From positions 50,439-114,438 of the IMG/VR virus record IMGVR_UViG_3300011242_000001: 64,000 bases of DNA; one strand, given 5' to 3'. The position numbers were made by a program, and so were the translations under genes. Positions 38,041 through 48,133 of the stretch are shown piece after piece. Under the pieces are notes generated by a model. That model was not told where the DNA came from. It made no database searches and saw only the letters and a list, made by a program, of their open reading frames with translations. This DNA is from a virus. Lineage: Duplodnaviria; Heunggongvirae; Uroviricota; Caudoviricetes. Positions within the stretch are counted from its first letter, which is position 1, and each line of letters begins with the position of its first letter.

Positions 38041-38247
38041 ATGACTCATAGAAAAATTAATATTAAAGACTTTATTAAATTAAAAGGCGAGCGCAAAGCT
38101 AAAAAGATATTTTTAGGGCGTGGCACATTAACTACATATATGTGGTATGAATATAATTTAGAAACAGGTCAGGGTCAAAATATTTATATTTGTATTGATG
38201 AATTATGTAAATATTTTGAACAGGTAATTAAAAATGAAACTATTTGA
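38041..38247 (+). CDS. small hypothetical protein
   Basis: 68-aa ORF. Confidence 0.35.
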   Translation: MTHRKINIKDFIKLKGERKAKKIFLGRGTLTTYMWYEYNLETGQGQNIYICIDELCKYFEQVIKNETI

Positions 38248-38290
38248 AGAAATTCAAATTTTAATATCTAAAAGTATAGGTGAATAAATT

Positions 38291-38569
38291 ATGTGTAACC
38301 ATCATAACAAATATGTACATTTAAATGTAGATCTTAGTAAGTTTAAAATTACTTATTGCGATAATCAATCAATTATTTTTAATCATATTGATGACACAGA
38401 TATGGAAGATCGTATTCGAGACTCATATGTTGTAATATATTCAGATAGTGCTTGGATGGGCGGCAACATAGGTGTTAATTTATATTTGGATGGATTTACA
38501 CAAGGATCTGACTTGCAATTAGATCAAGCTTTATTGGAACTTGATAAACATTTTATTAATAAAAAATAA
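38291..38569 (+). CDS. hypothetical protein
   Basis: 92-aa ORF. Confidence 0.4.
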   Translation: MCNHHNKYVHLNVDLSKFKITYCDNQSIIFNHIDDTDMEDRIRDSYVVIYSDSAWMGGNIGVNLYLDGFTQGSDLQLDQALLELDKHFINKK

Positions 38570-38570
38570 T

Positions 38571-38606
38571 ATGTATATACAAATACATTTATATGTTTTA
38601 TAATGC
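38571..38606 (+). promoter_or_regulatory. promoter-like ATGTATATACAAATACATTT...TATAAT upstream of the dexA-like gene
   Basis: Core palindrome plus TATAAT 30 nt before the RBS. Confidence 0.3.
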
Positions 38607-38635
38607 CATCAACATATTTATAAAAGGAAAAGAAT

Positions 38636-39184
38636 ATGAACTTTAAAATTATTGTAGATGTCGAGGCAACATGTACAAACAAAGATGAATTTCCACGAGA
38701 TGAAATGGAAATTATTGAAATTGGCGCGGTATGTTTAGATGAGAATGATGAAGTGCGAGATACTTTTCAGTCATATATTCGACCATTAAAACATCCACAA
38801 CTTACAGACTTTTGTAAAGAGCTAACTACGATTAAACAAGAAGATATTGATCTATCTTATACATTTAATACGGTTATGCCACAATTTCTTCAATGGGTAA
38901 AAAATATTACAGGTCGTAATGATTATATTTTTTATTCGTGGGGTAATTTTGATAAAAATATTTTTAAACGTCAATGTATTGAAGATAATATTGACGCACG
39001 TGTATTTTTATCAAAACATAAAAATGCTAAAACATTATTCGCTGCTGAAAATCAACTTAAAAAAGAAGTTGGTGTTGGTGGAGCATTAAAAATCAAAAAA
39101 ATGAAGTTTGTTGGAACTCCACACCGTGCTATTGATGACGCTATCAATATTGCGAATTTAGTTTTAACATTAAAATCTGCTTAA
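38636..39184 (+). CDS. dexA: DEDDh 3'-5' exonuclease (DnaQ-like; DexA-like)
   Basis: IVDVEAT (exo I, D-x-E), YSWGNFD (exo II), HRAIDDA (exo III, H-x4-D); AAGGAAAAG RBS; 182 aa. Confidence 0.6.
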   Translation: MNFKIIVDVEATCTNKDEFPRDEMEIIEIGAVCLDENDEVRDTFQSYIRPLKHPQLTDFCKELTTIKQEDIDLSYTFNTVMPQFLQWVKNITGRNDYIFYSWGNFDKNIFKRQCIEDNIDARVFLSKHKNAKTLFAAENQLKKEVGVGGALKIKKMKFVGTPHRAIDDAINIANLVLTLKSA

Positions 39185-39196
39185 TAGGATAATTGT

Positions 39197-39700
39197 ATGG
39201 GCTTAGATATTAAGTGGATTCCAGAATATAAAGATACAGCTAGTGGCGATTGGCTATTTTTTAATGTGCCTGAAGATCATCCTATAAAAAGTAGAATGAG
39301 CAATCGTGATTATCAAGTATTTTCTTTATTAGGACCAAAATGGAAGGATGAATATAAAGATTATCCTACATTACCACTTTTAAGAGACTTGCCTGTACAA
39401 ACTTTAGACAGATTTGAATCTAATACATTTAAACATAAATACACATCGTTTTCTATGACTGATGTGTATAGAAACATTGAATTATATGATTGTAGTGAAG
39501 AATTTGCTTTACACTACAATCCAATGAATTCAATGTTTAATAGCACTATATATATCGACGAAGCATTATCATTTGATTATAATCAGCTTGCAGTCAATGA
39601 TTTAACCTGGAATGATCTTTTAAAAGATTGGTGGATTCCTATTATGGAATATTTTAAATCAATGGGCGTATCCCAAGTACATATTTCATTTGGACATTAA
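39197..39700 (+). CDS. hypothetical protein; C-terminal block paralogous to 40672..41088
   Basis: IDEALSFDYNQLAVNDLTWNDLLKDWW versus ISDALAFDYDQIAYDDITYRDALHDNYF. Confidence 0.45.
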   Translation: MGLDIKWIPEYKDTASGDWLFFNVPEDHPIKSRMSNRDYQVFSLLGPKWKDEYKDYPTLPLLRDLPVQTLDRFESNTFKHKYTSFSMTDVYRNIELYDCSEEFALHYNPMNSMFNSTIYIDEALSFDYNQLAVNDLTWNDLLKDWWIPIMEYFKSMGVSQVHISFGH

Positions 39701-39702
39701 TT

Positions 39703-40668
39703 ATGACAACTATTACATTAAACGAGTCTTTATCATTTGTAGATACTTCTAATCATCGACAAATTGAAGCAAGTCGTATTGCAAAATATTTCCCAGTAAA
39801 GCGTCATACAAAGCTTGACTATATTAAAGGTTCTATTGACACACTTAATTTAAAAAATCATGGCTTATTTGGTCTTATTTCTCATGCTTATACATATCAT
39901 AAGCCATTAACTATTAATCCAACTGATGTATGGATTTTAATTCTATCTCAATTTAAAACTATTATTAAAGATAATGCGGAAACATATCGCCACTTATTTA
40001 CCGATTCACCGGACAAAAAAACATTGGCTGTACCAACTAATAGTTTATATGAATTGCCAGTTGATCTATTAATTAAAACTCTTAATGAATATATTAATTT
40101 CGATTCTAAATTAATTCAAGTTGAATTTAGTACAGATACAGCCATTGCAAATGAAGTGAAAAACCACTTGCTATTGGACATGGCATCTCCATATTACAAT
40201 TATGCAATGTTTCTATGCGGCATTCCATCTATTAAAATCGGTGGTCATGTAGAAGATTGGGAGCGATTATACAGCGCATTCTTAAAGTTAAATGAAGTAT
40301 TCTATCTTAAAGAAGAAGATGAATATTTGTTATGGCAATGTTCTGTAACTCATATTCTTGATATTCTATTAATGGCGTCTCAAGGCAATTATGATATTGA
40401 TTTTTTCCGCGATATCTTTACACAGAAAAATATTGGTTCTGGTGGAGAATTGGAAATTAAGGGATGGATTACTAATCTATTCTATAAAATGCCGAAAGTA
40501 GCTAAAATTGAAAACTTTAATTCACATGTATCTTGTGTAGAATATAAGAATTTAACAACCCAAAAAGAATATGTAATGATTTCAGGTGGATTTAGTTATA
40601 CACTTGATGAAGATGGCTATCATGCGTTATCTTATTCAAAACATATCTTTGAAATTATAACGGTATAA
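39703..40668 (+). CDS. hypothetical protein (321 aa)
   Basis: Long ORF. Confidence 0.5.
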   Translation: MTTITLNESLSFVDTSNHRQIEASRIAKYFPVKRHTKLDYIKGSIDTLNLKNHGLFGLISHAYTYHKPLTINPTDVWILILSQFKTIIKDNAETYRHLFTDSPDKKTLAVPTNSLYELPVDLLIKTLNEYINFDSKLIQVEFSTDTAIANEVKNHLLLDMASPYYNYAMFLCGIPSIKIGGHVEDWERLYSAFLKLNEVFYLKEEDEYLLWQCSVTHILDILLMASQGNYDIDFFRDIFTQKNIGSGGELEIKGWITNLFYKMPKVAKIENFNSHVSCVEYKNLTTQKEYVMISGGFSYTLDEDGYHALSYSKHIFEIITV

Positions 40669-40671
40669 CAT

Positions 40672-41088
40672 ATGATTAGCTTTATCATTTATTTGGAAAA
40701 ATATGATAACGGTCGTTGGACGGGTATTGAATTATGCGATTTGAATGAAGAAATTGAAGATAATTTCATCGGTTGTAATTCAATATATCCATTCTTTGGC
40801 TATAATAAATATCGTAGCTCATTTAAATATCTTGAATTTAAAGTTGATCCATTACCGTTTATTCAACTTATCCCGCAAGATATTTCACCAGAGTTTGATG
40901 AATATTATTTTGCTGGTTGTGAGCAGTCACCGGGTATGTTCTTAATATCTGATGCATTGGCGTTTGATTATGATCAAATTGCATATGATGATATAACATA
41001 CAGAGATGCATTACATGATAATTATTTTGCTCTATTAGAATTAGCTAAATCAAATAATATGAGCAGAATCCTTTTTTATTTTTCATAA
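40672..41088 (+). CDS. hypothetical protein; paralog of 39197..39700
   Basis: Shared C-terminal block. Confidence 0.45.
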   Translation: MISFIIYLEKYDNGRWTGIELCDLNEEIEDNFIGCNSIYPFFGYNKYRSSFKYLEFKVDPLPFIQLIPQDISPEFDEYYFAGCEQSPGMFLISDALAFDYDQIAYDDITYRDALHDNYFALLELAKSNNMSRILFYFS

Positions 41089-41152
41089 AAATATAAACAA
41101 AAATGGTTCTGTTCGTAGTAAAATATAAACAGAACTATTTTGTGAGAAAAAG

Positions 41153-41704
41153 ATGACACTGCAAATAACAAGTTTAAACGTGGATATTGATGGCGTATTG
41201 TATGACTATGCTGCACAAATGGCATCAATGGACGGTTTTAAATATCAAGGTCGATGGTTTGAATACATTCAAACAGGTGGATATAATTTACATGATTATA
41301 TGAAAATCAAATTTGAAGAGTATGCTGCACATGGTCTATTTTTAAATGGTAAACCATGCGATGGCGCCTATGACTTAGTAAGCATGCTTACTTTATTGAA
41401 AAGCAAATATGATCTAAAACTTAATATTTTAGGTGCATTGCCTTATAATAAATCATATAGTAATACTGTACGTTGTCATAAAATTTCTTTTTTAAAAACT
41501 TATGGCTTATGGGATAAGTTTGACGAAGTTATTTTTGTAAACGGATCACGATCAAAAACAGATTATGCCAATAACCAATCTATTTTAATTGATGACTATC
41601 CTCGCACGAAAAAACGATTTGATGATTTAAACGCACCGATGGTTTTATATAGAAACCCATCAGATACTATGAAAGAACTTGAAAAATTTGGTTTAACACT
41701 ATGA
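41153..41704 (+). CDS. HAD-superfamily 5'(3')-deoxyribonucleotidase-like protein
   Basis: NVDIDGVLYDY (HAD motif I, DxDGxL) and C-terminal ILIDDY (motif IV); GAGAAAAAG RBS; 183 aa. Confidence 0.5.
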   Translation: MTLQITSLNVDIDGVLYDYAAQMASMDGFKYQGRWFEYIQTGGYNLHDYMKIKFEEYAAHGLFLNGKPCDGAYDLVSMLTLLKSKYDLKLNILGALPYNKSYSNTVRCHKISFLKTYGLWDKFDEVIFVNGSRSKTDYANNQSILIDDYPRTKKRFDDLNAPMVLYRNPSDTMKELEKFGLTL

Positions 41705-41922
41705 ATATTAAGGATCAAGAAATTATTGTTTTAAAGCATTTATTTAACGGTACATTTTGGAACGGTTCTAAATGGATTATTCCTAGCACATATGAAGAGC
41801 TAATGGAATGTAAGAATTGTATTTCAGATAAAACGTTAGGTCAATTATGTGAAGATGCCGGTGTAGATTCATTTCGTTGCATCTTTTCATCTATTATTGT
41901 ACAAATGAGATTTATTTTTTGA
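41701..41922 (+). CDS. small hypothetical protein
   Basis: 73-aa ORF overlapping the upstream stop. Confidence 0.3.
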   Translation: MNIKDQEIIVLKHLFNGTFWNGSKWIIPSTYEELMECKNCISDKTLGQLCEDAGVDSFRCIFSSIIVQMRFIF

Positions 41923-41975
41923 CATACTTTGAAATTGTATCACAACAATTTAATAAAGTTAGACCATTATTAAAA

Positions 41976-42293
41976 ATGTATAAAGAGAACTGGAAAAAAG
42001 AAAATAGTGAAATAGAATTTCATGAATATCTTGGATTAACATCTTCTCTTTATACATTGCTTATAACAAATGAAGAAAACTTTTTTAAATTGATGGCTTC
42101 ATATTGGCGACTAACTACTAGTAGCAATATTAAGCTTATTGACGGTTTACCTCATAGATTACGTCGCGGTAACTGGGTGCCTATCAATCTTGATTGGTTA
42201 GGACAAATTACTACTCGCAAAACTATTCGTAATAGGCCGAGCAAACTTACTAATAAATTAAAAAATGGAAGAAAGCGATGCAAGATCATTTAA
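41976..42293 (+). CDS. hypothetical basic protein (start uncertain)
   Basis: Internal ATG of track ORF 41877..42293; no clear RBS. Confidence 0.3.
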   Translation: MYKENWKKENSEIEFHEYLGLTSSLYTLLITNEENFFKLMASYWRLTTSSNIKLIDGLPHRLRRGNWVPINLDWLGQITTRKTIRNRPSKLTNKLKNGRKRCKII

Positions 42294-42673
42294 TTAAATT
42301 TCTTAAAAGCGCCAGGTATTATGACTGTGATTGGAATACTATCTATGCAGATACTCCGCGCCAACAATTTTTAAATGCATTAAATGAAAATATTTTATTA
42401 GTAGATTATTTTTTAAAGAATTATAATGAATTTGAACGCTCAGCCGAAAATATATTTCATTTAATGCGTATTTCAAATAGATCATTGTTTTTTTCTATTA
42501 ATGATATTAAAGAAATCCTTTTTAAAGAAACGGATGATTGTACTATTGATTCCATTTTACAGTTTTTAGAAACATATAATTTAGATTATAAAATTGATTT
42601 ATCATTTTTAAAAAATAAAAAGTATAAATACAAATGGCTTAAAGACTATGCACATTCTATAGCAGATCATTAA
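42278..42673 (+). CDS. hypothetical protein
   Basis: 131-aa ORF. Confidence 0.4.
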   Translation: MQDHLIKFLKSARYYDCDWNTIYADTPRQQFLNALNENILLVDYFLKNYNEFERSAENIFHLMRISNRSLFFSINDIKEILFKETDDCTIDSILQFLETYNLDYKIDLSFLKNKKYKYKWLKDYAHSIADH

Positions 42674-42693
42674 TTAAATATACGAGGTAAATA

Positions 42694-43227
42694 ATGTCGA
42701 TTGAATATTTATTAAGCGAATCATATGAAGGTAAATATTTTAAAATAAAAAGCCCAGATGGCTATTTTAAAGACGGAATTGTTGTTTCAGTTGAAAAAGA
42801 TTTTAATAATAATTATGTATTTGATCCTATTTTGGCAGATGTATATATTAATTCCAATGACCCTACCTGGGAATTATTAGAAGAATTACCTGAAGAAACT
42901 CATATACATCATTGTGATACATGTCGACGCAATTCTATTTCATATATAGATGAATCAGTAGAAGAATATGATTGTGAAGACTGTAGAAATAAACACAAAC
43001 AATTAAGCTCATATTTAATTGCCGACGATATTTATATGTTTAGAACTAATAATGATCTTAAAATTATTCAATCATTATTAGATGGTATTTCATTACACTT
43101 TAATGATGAAGAAACATTATTTAAAACTGAATCTGGTTTAGTAGTTGCTCATACAGAAATGGGTGAATTTGATTCATATCCTACTAAATGGTATAGAATT
43201 ATCCCGAAAGAAATTATTAAATTTTAA
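42694..43227 (+). CDS. hypothetical protein with CxxC pairs (possible Zn binding); N-terminus MSIEYLLSE weakly CTS-like
   Basis: HHCDTCRRN...CEDCRNK. Confidence 0.45.
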   Translation: MSIEYLLSESYEGKYFKIKSPDGYFKDGIVVSVEKDFNNNYVFDPILADVYINSNDPTWELLEELPEETHIHHCDTCRRNSISYIDESVEEYDCEDCRNKHKQLSSYLIADDIYMFRTNNDLKIIQSLLDGISLHFNDEETLFKTESGLVVAHTEMGEFDSYPTKWYRIIPKEIIKF

Positions 43228-43329
43228 TAAAAGTCGTATACATAATTATTATATACGCGTTAAAATGATTTTACTAACGTTATGTTATAAAGACTTTAAT
43301 TAGTCGTATGAAATCTTATAATTGGATAT

Positions 43330-43629
43330 ATGTATTATATTAATTGTAATTGGATATATACAGAAATGTCAAATGTAAGTGAAAAGTCTCGTAAGGTAGC
43401 ATTGAAGCAATCTATTATTGAAATTAGCAATGCTTGGCTGCAAGCCGAGTCGCATAATTTACATGCTAAAGAAGTGATTAAACACGTCGCTGAAGAGTAT
43501 GAAATGGATAAAGCTTTAGTTAACTCTCTTGCGAAAATGTACCACAAGCAAAACGCCAATGAAATTAAAGCGAAAGCTGATACAGTAATTGACGAATATG
43601 AATCTTTATTTGGCTCAACTGACGAGTAA
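43330..43629 (+). CDS. hypothetical protein
   Basis: 99-aa ORF followed by a strong terminator. Confidence 0.4.
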   Translation: MYYINCNWIYTEMSNVSEKSRKVALKQSIIEISNAWLQAESHNLHAKEVIKHVAEEYEMDKALVNSLAKMYHKQNANEIKAKADTVIDEYESLFGSTDE

Positions 43630-43640
43630 AGATTTAAATT

Positions 43641-43668
43641 GGAGGATCTTCGGGTCCTCCTTTTTATT
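43641..43668 (+). terminator. rho-independent terminator
   Basis: GGAGGATC-ttcg-GGTCCTCC plus TTTTT. Confidence 0.6.
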
Positions 43669-43705
43669 GCTTAAATAATAATAAAATTAAAGGAGTGCTT
43701 ATACC

Positions 43706-44053
43706 ATGAGTGCTAAATTGTTTGCGATACAAATTTTTGCTTGGTTAGCGATTATATTATTAAATTCTATTTTGGTATATGCATATTTTAATTTCATTAT
43801 TGTTGATTTATTACCACATTATATGAATTTTCAGATACCTTTAATTGCTATATTTTCAACATTCTTAGGAATATATATTTTTATAAATAATTTACAAATA
43901 CCTTTTTTTGATTATAGTATATTAACTACTGAATCAACTGATGAAGATATTGAATTATGTATACAGCTTGAATTGGCTGATATTACATATCATTTAATGC
44001 AATCCGGTGGACTCACAGCAGGTCTAATCATTTTCATGGGCATATTTGTATGA
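43706..44053 (+). CDS. small multi-pass membrane protein
   Basis: Three predicted TM helices in 115 aa. Confidence 0.45.
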   Translation: MSAKLFAIQIFAWLAIILLNSILVYAYFNFIIVDLLPHYMNFQIPLIAIFSTFLGIYIFINNLQIPFFDYSILTTESTDEDIELCIQLELADITYHLMQSGGLTAGLIIFMGIFV

Positions 44054-44469
44054 CCGATAATTTAATAGATGCATCGGATTTATTAGAAGCGATATCTAAT
44101 AAAGATTTACCGGCAGCCGTACGTTATAATAAGCGTAAAGTTGTTTTCTTAATAACGCCGGATCCATTTGAAAATCATAATAAGATAATGGATTATTTGA
44201 GGTACGGTATGCGATGCGCTACCGATTCAGGCCGTAGAACAGAATGTCCTGTTTTATGCTATACCATAAAATTAGGTCTATATGGATTTAATCAGTGGAA
44301 TTTACAGGCTGGACCATTTTCGCATCAACAGCTGTTTGATATGCAAGTATCACAGATGTTAAGATGTAATTATGTTGCTGTATATGGTAATGAATATACA
44401 GAATCAATGAATAGATTATTAAACGTGGCGAAGCTAAATATACCACGTATAGATTTTAGAACACTTTAG
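44050..44469 (+). CDS. hypothetical protein
   Basis: 139-aa ORF. Confidence 0.45.
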   Translation: MTDNLIDASDLLEAISNKDLPAAVRYNKRKVVFLITPDPFENHNKIMDYLRYGMRCATDSGRRTECPVLCYTIKLGLYGFNQWNLQAGPFSHQQLFDMQVSQMLRCNYVAVYGNEYTESMNRLLNVAKLNIPRIDFRTL

Positions 44470-44479
44470 GAACATACTA

Positions 44480-45217
44480 ATGCTATTAATGACCAAATAT
44501 ATCGATGATCAAGGATTTTTAAAAAATATCTTTTTTAAAATTTCACATAATATTAATAATGCTGAACAGCTTAAAATTTTTAAGCATACTATTTTAAGTC
44601 AATATAATAGTAATGTATTAATTTTACGCGGTATTTCAGACTTTGGTAAATTAGCCACATCAGCATCGCGTTTAATTACCGATCAATATGATATTGATAT
44701 TAACGCAAATAATTTTAATATTCTTACTTTACCGGAACCGGCATTTGGATCGGCCGTTGAATGTATTACTACAAATTTGACATTACAAACACAAATTGAA
44801 TGCCAAAAAGTACAATCTTATTTTGAAAGTATCAGAATTAAGTTAGTACCAATTGATACTAAAGCTGATGCATTAGTTGTTTTATTAAATGAAATTCGTA
44901 GTAACGGTATCCATACACATAAGTATGAATTAAAATTTGAATTTTCTGAAGACTGGTCTCCGACTTGTAATACATGTCAAACTGGCATGCAATATCTTCA
45001 GCAAGAATTAGCTAAGTTATCTGAAGAATTATATTGTGCAAAAGATATGTTTAATTTAGACGGTCGTATTATTACTGATCTTTCCGTAAATAATATTAGT
45101 GTACTTAAAGACGAAATTAAGTTATTATTGACTAATGCGTTATTAAATGCACGGGTACGAGACTTTACTATAACAGATGTATCAGATACAATTGGAGAAT
45201 TTGGAGATGAAACATAA
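44480..45217 (+). CDS. hypothetical protein
   Basis: 245-aa ORF. Confidence 0.45.
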   Translation: MLLMTKYIDDQGFLKNIFFKISHNINNAEQLKIFKHTILSQYNSNVLILRGISDFGKLATSASRLITDQYDIDINANNFNILTLPEPAFGSAVECITTNLTLQTQIECQKVQSYFESIRIKLVPIDTKADALVVLLNEIRSNGIHTHKYELKFEFSEDWSPTCNTCQTGMQYLQQELAKLSEELYCAKDMFNLDGRIITDLSVNNISVLKDEIKLLLTNALLNARVRDFTITDVSDTIGEFGDET

Positions 45218-45322
45218 CTTTGTCGCTAAACACATGAACGATGTTTGTAAACCTGCTGTCATGATCGATCGCAAGAAAGATTCTAAAAAAGGTAAACAAA
45301 AACATAAAGTAAACTACAAAAA

Positions 45323-45343
45323 GGACCTTAATCGGTCCTTTTA
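45323..45343 (+). terminator. rho-independent terminator
   Basis: GGACC-ttaatc-GGTCC plus TTTT. Confidence 0.55.
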
Positions 45344-45401
45344 ACATTTATAGTAAAAGCAAAAAGTCTCATACTAAATAACAATAAAAAGGTATTCTCA
45401 A

Positions 45402-45800
45402 ATGAGTTTTGAACAATTTTTAACTGAAGCAGCTGAACCGCCATATGAAACAGTTAATACGGATCAATTAAATGTTTTACGTCAAGAGATTGATCGCAGC
45501 GCATTACGTGTAGAATTAAATAAAAAGTATATTGATAAATCTGATCTTAATATTAGTTTATTTAATAATGACTATTATATTGGTGGCATGCGATTAGATA
45601 ATGATGATAATGTTATTGTTAAAGTTGCAATTATAGTTGAAGTAACGGAAGAGGACGGTTATTTATATTATAAGATAGCAAATATTGTATATGATATCAA
45701 TCAAAATAAAATTATTAAGATAATTGAAAATGATAAGATTCGTGATGAAAATTGGAAAACAGTTCAAGGCGAAATTTTAAAAACCGCCATTAAATTATAA
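45402..45800 (+). CDS. putative capsid-targeted internal protein (CTS family), 132 aa
   Basis: N-terminus MSFEQFLTEAAE. Confidence 0.5.
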   Translation: MSFEQFLTEAAEPPYETVNTDQLNVLRQEIDRSALRVELNKKYIDKSDLNISLFNNDYYIGGMRLDNDDNVIVKVAIIVEVTEEDGYLYYKIANIVYDINQNKIIKIIENDKIRDENWKTVQGEILKTAIKL

Positions 45801-45865
45801 AATTACATACATTTTAAAAAATACGGCTTATTATATGAGTCGTATTTTACATTTAAGGCGTTATT

Positions 45866-46501
45866 ATGTCATATTCTTCAATATACATTATTGATCAAGA
45901 TACTCATTTATCAAATACAATTGAATATTCAAATAGCTGGCTATTCGCACCAGTTGTATGGGAAATTATTTTAAATTCATATATCCAGGATGAACTACGT
46001 ACATCATATGGTATTGCTAAAAGTTTATTTACTAGTGATGGTGATCACTTATTCAGGATGGCAAATAAAGCAGTTAATAATTCTTCTATTATGTCTGATC
46101 GTGTGGCATGGGAAGTATCTAATCAGCAAATAATATTAGTTAAAGATAAAGAGTTTATTGCCGATTCTTTATTAAAATTTGTAGATGATCATAAAAATGA
46201 TGTAATGCTTTATAATAAAGAAAATAATTTGCAATATGATCATATTGCAAATAGATTTAAAAAAATTGCGGAAGATATAAGAAATATTGATTCAGATAAA
46301 AAATATTTTATTTTTAAAAACACTTCTGTTGATGATAGTATTGAATATTTCTTTACCAAATACGATGAAGAACTTGATGATTGTGTTCCAACCACATTAG
46401 AAGAAGCATCTAAAGAGTATGAAATGGAATTAGTTATTTTTTCAGACGATTATTCTAAAATGAATTTTATTAGTTCAAATAATCCAGAATTTAAACTCTA
46501 A
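45866..46501 (+). CDS. hypothetical protein
   Basis: 211-aa ORF. Confidence 0.45.
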   Translation: MSYSSIYIIDQDTHLSNTIEYSNSWLFAPVVWEIILNSYIQDELRTSYGIAKSLFTSDGDHLFRMANKAVNNSSIMSDRVAWEVSNQQIILVKDKEFIADSLLKFVDDHKNDVMLYNKENNLQYDHIANRFKKIAEDIRNIDSDKKYFIFKNTSVDDSIEYFFTKYDEELDDCVPTTLEEASKEYEMELVIFSDDYSKMNFISSNNPEFKL

Positions 46502-46520
46502 ATAAATATAAAAACTTTTT

Positions 46521-46547
46521 GGGGATTAAATTAATCCCCATTTTTTG
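46521..46547 (+). terminator. rho-independent terminator
   Basis: GGGGATTAAATTAATCCCC hairpin plus TTTTTT. Confidence 0.6.
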
Positions 46548-46762
46548 TATAAATAAAAATAATATGGAAATAAATTAACTTATACTAATACTTATACCGG
46601 CGAACGTGATTCAGTACAAAGTTTTGAACGCGAATTTACAAATATAAATTTTAATAATACGCGTCTTGTTGGATTTAGTAATGATTTAAACTGTCCAATT
46701 AATGATAATTCTGTTATATATACTGCAAAAATCATTAAATAATTGTAAAAAAAGAGAATACT

Positions 46763-47410
46763 ATGAAATTTGCAGACTTTCTATTAGAAGCGCCATTACC
46801 AGATACTTGGGATAAAGACAAGTTTAAAGGCAGGCTTGACTTTAAAGGTATGGTTGAATACGCATTAGAACGCTCAAAATCTTTAGGTGAAGGCTCATCA
46901 CGTGTTGCATTTAATATTGAATATAAAGGTCGTGAAACAGCTTTAAAAATTGCAAAGAATCCAAAAGGCGTTGCTCAAAACGTACAAGAAATATTGTACT
47001 TAAATGATGAAAAAATTAAAAAACTTAATATCACAATCCCTTTAATTGATTATGATACAACCAACCATAAAGCACGTTGGTTACATACAGAAAAAGCTGA
47101 TAAAATTCATGACGCATATTTTGAAGAAGAATTAGGTTTACCTTTGCGGGACGCAATTCTTTATATTAACCGTGATATTAATCCACCAAAGTTGTCAATA
47201 GGTTCTAAATTACAAGCCGAACGAGGCGAAAAGCTTAAAAAAGATTCCCCTATCGTTAAAGCAATCTATAAATTATTAACAGATTTTCCAGAAATTGGTT
47301 ATGGTGATTTAGCTCGCATTCAAAATTGGGGTATGTATAAAGGGCACCCGGTTATTTTAGATATCGGATATGATTCAACCTCGGCAGTATTATATAAGTT
47401 GGCAAAATAA
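46763..47410 (+). CDS. CTS-bearing protein-kinase-like (RIO/KdoK/APH-type fold) protein
   Basis: N-terminus MKFADFLLEA; LGEGSSRVAF (Gly-rich loop), TALKIAK (beta-3 Lys), YGDLARIQNWGMYKGHPVILDIGYD (HGDLxxxN catalytic loop followed by IDFG-like metal-binding Asp); 215 aa. Confidence 0.55.
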   Translation: MKFADFLLEAPLPDTWDKDKFKGRLDFKGMVEYALERSKSLGEGSSRVAFNIEYKGRETALKIAKNPKGVAQNVQEILYLNDEKIKKLNITIPLIDYDTTNHKARWLHTEKADKIHDAYFEEELGLPLRDAILYINRDINPPKLSIGSKLQAERGEKLKKDSPIVKAIYKLLTDFPEIGYGDLARIQNWGMYKGHPVILDIGYDSTSAVLYKLAK

Positions 47411-47847
47411 TGAAATTTGTAGATTTTTTAAATGAAGTTAAGCTTTATAGAGGTGGGGTAATTCCACCTGGTAAAACACTTATTTGGTATACAGAAGATT
47501 CAGATTTTGCAACAACTTATAGTCATTTAAAAGGTGACTTTGTATTTCATGAATTAGATGCCGATTTATCAAAATACAATATATGTGATATTGGCAGAAT
47601 TGAAAATGTAACCAGTATGACATATTTATGCGGCATTTTATGGAAGTATGCTAATATTAAGGATAAAGAAATTTTTGATAAAGCTAAAAAATTGATGCAA
47701 GAAATACGAGGGTCTAGTAAAGATCATTTACATCAATTGATATTCAAAGAGCCTAGATTTATTGACTATATGAAATTATTAAAAATAGATGGTATTAAAG
47801 CAACGGAAAACAAATCTGTAACATATGGTTTTATTAATAAGCTATAA
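47410..47847 (+). CDS. putative capsid-targeted internal protein (CTS family), 145 aa
   Basis: N-terminus MKFVDFLNEVK; ATGA-coupled to the upstream gene. Confidence 0.5.
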   Translation: MKFVDFLNEVKLYRGGVIPPGKTLIWYTEDSDFATTYSHLKGDFVFHELDADLSKYNICDIGRIENVTSMTYLCGILWKYANIKDKEIFDKAKKLMQEIRGSSKDHLHQLIFKEPRFIDYMKLLKIDGIKATENKSVTYGFINKL

Positions 47848-47852
47848 AAAAA

Positions 47853-47870
47853 GGACCGTGAGGTCCTTTA
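47853..47870 (+). terminator. hairpin GGACC-gtga-GGTCC (weak T tract)
   Basis: Same hairpin family as the other terminators, but followed by only TTTA. Confidence 0.4.
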
Positions 47871-47890
47871 CCAAATTACAGTCTCAGATT

Positions 47891-48115
47891 TTATAGCAGG
47901 CCTAATCTGCATCTCTGCATCTCTGCAATACAACCAGGCTCTAAAGGATATTTATCAATATTCCACTCAAAATTCGCCATAAAGGTGGTACCTTGATAGA
48001 TCAAGAAATTTTTAATTAGCGGTTTAAGTATCATTTTTTTAATGTCCTTTTTACTCTTATTTAATAAAAAAGCTATATACTTATATAAAGTCACGTTATA
48101 TAATTGTATATACAA
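47891..48115 (-). CDS. small hypothetical protein (doubtful)
   Basis: 74-aa ORF in an intergenic segment that also contains a CTGCATCT x2.5 tandem repeat. Confidence 0.25.
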   Translation of the reverse strand: MYIQLYNVTLYKYIAFLLNKSKKDIKKMILKPLIKNFLIYQGTTFMANFEWNIDKYPLEPGCIAEMQRCRLGLL

Positions 48116-48133
48116 ATTTAATGGAATAGATGC

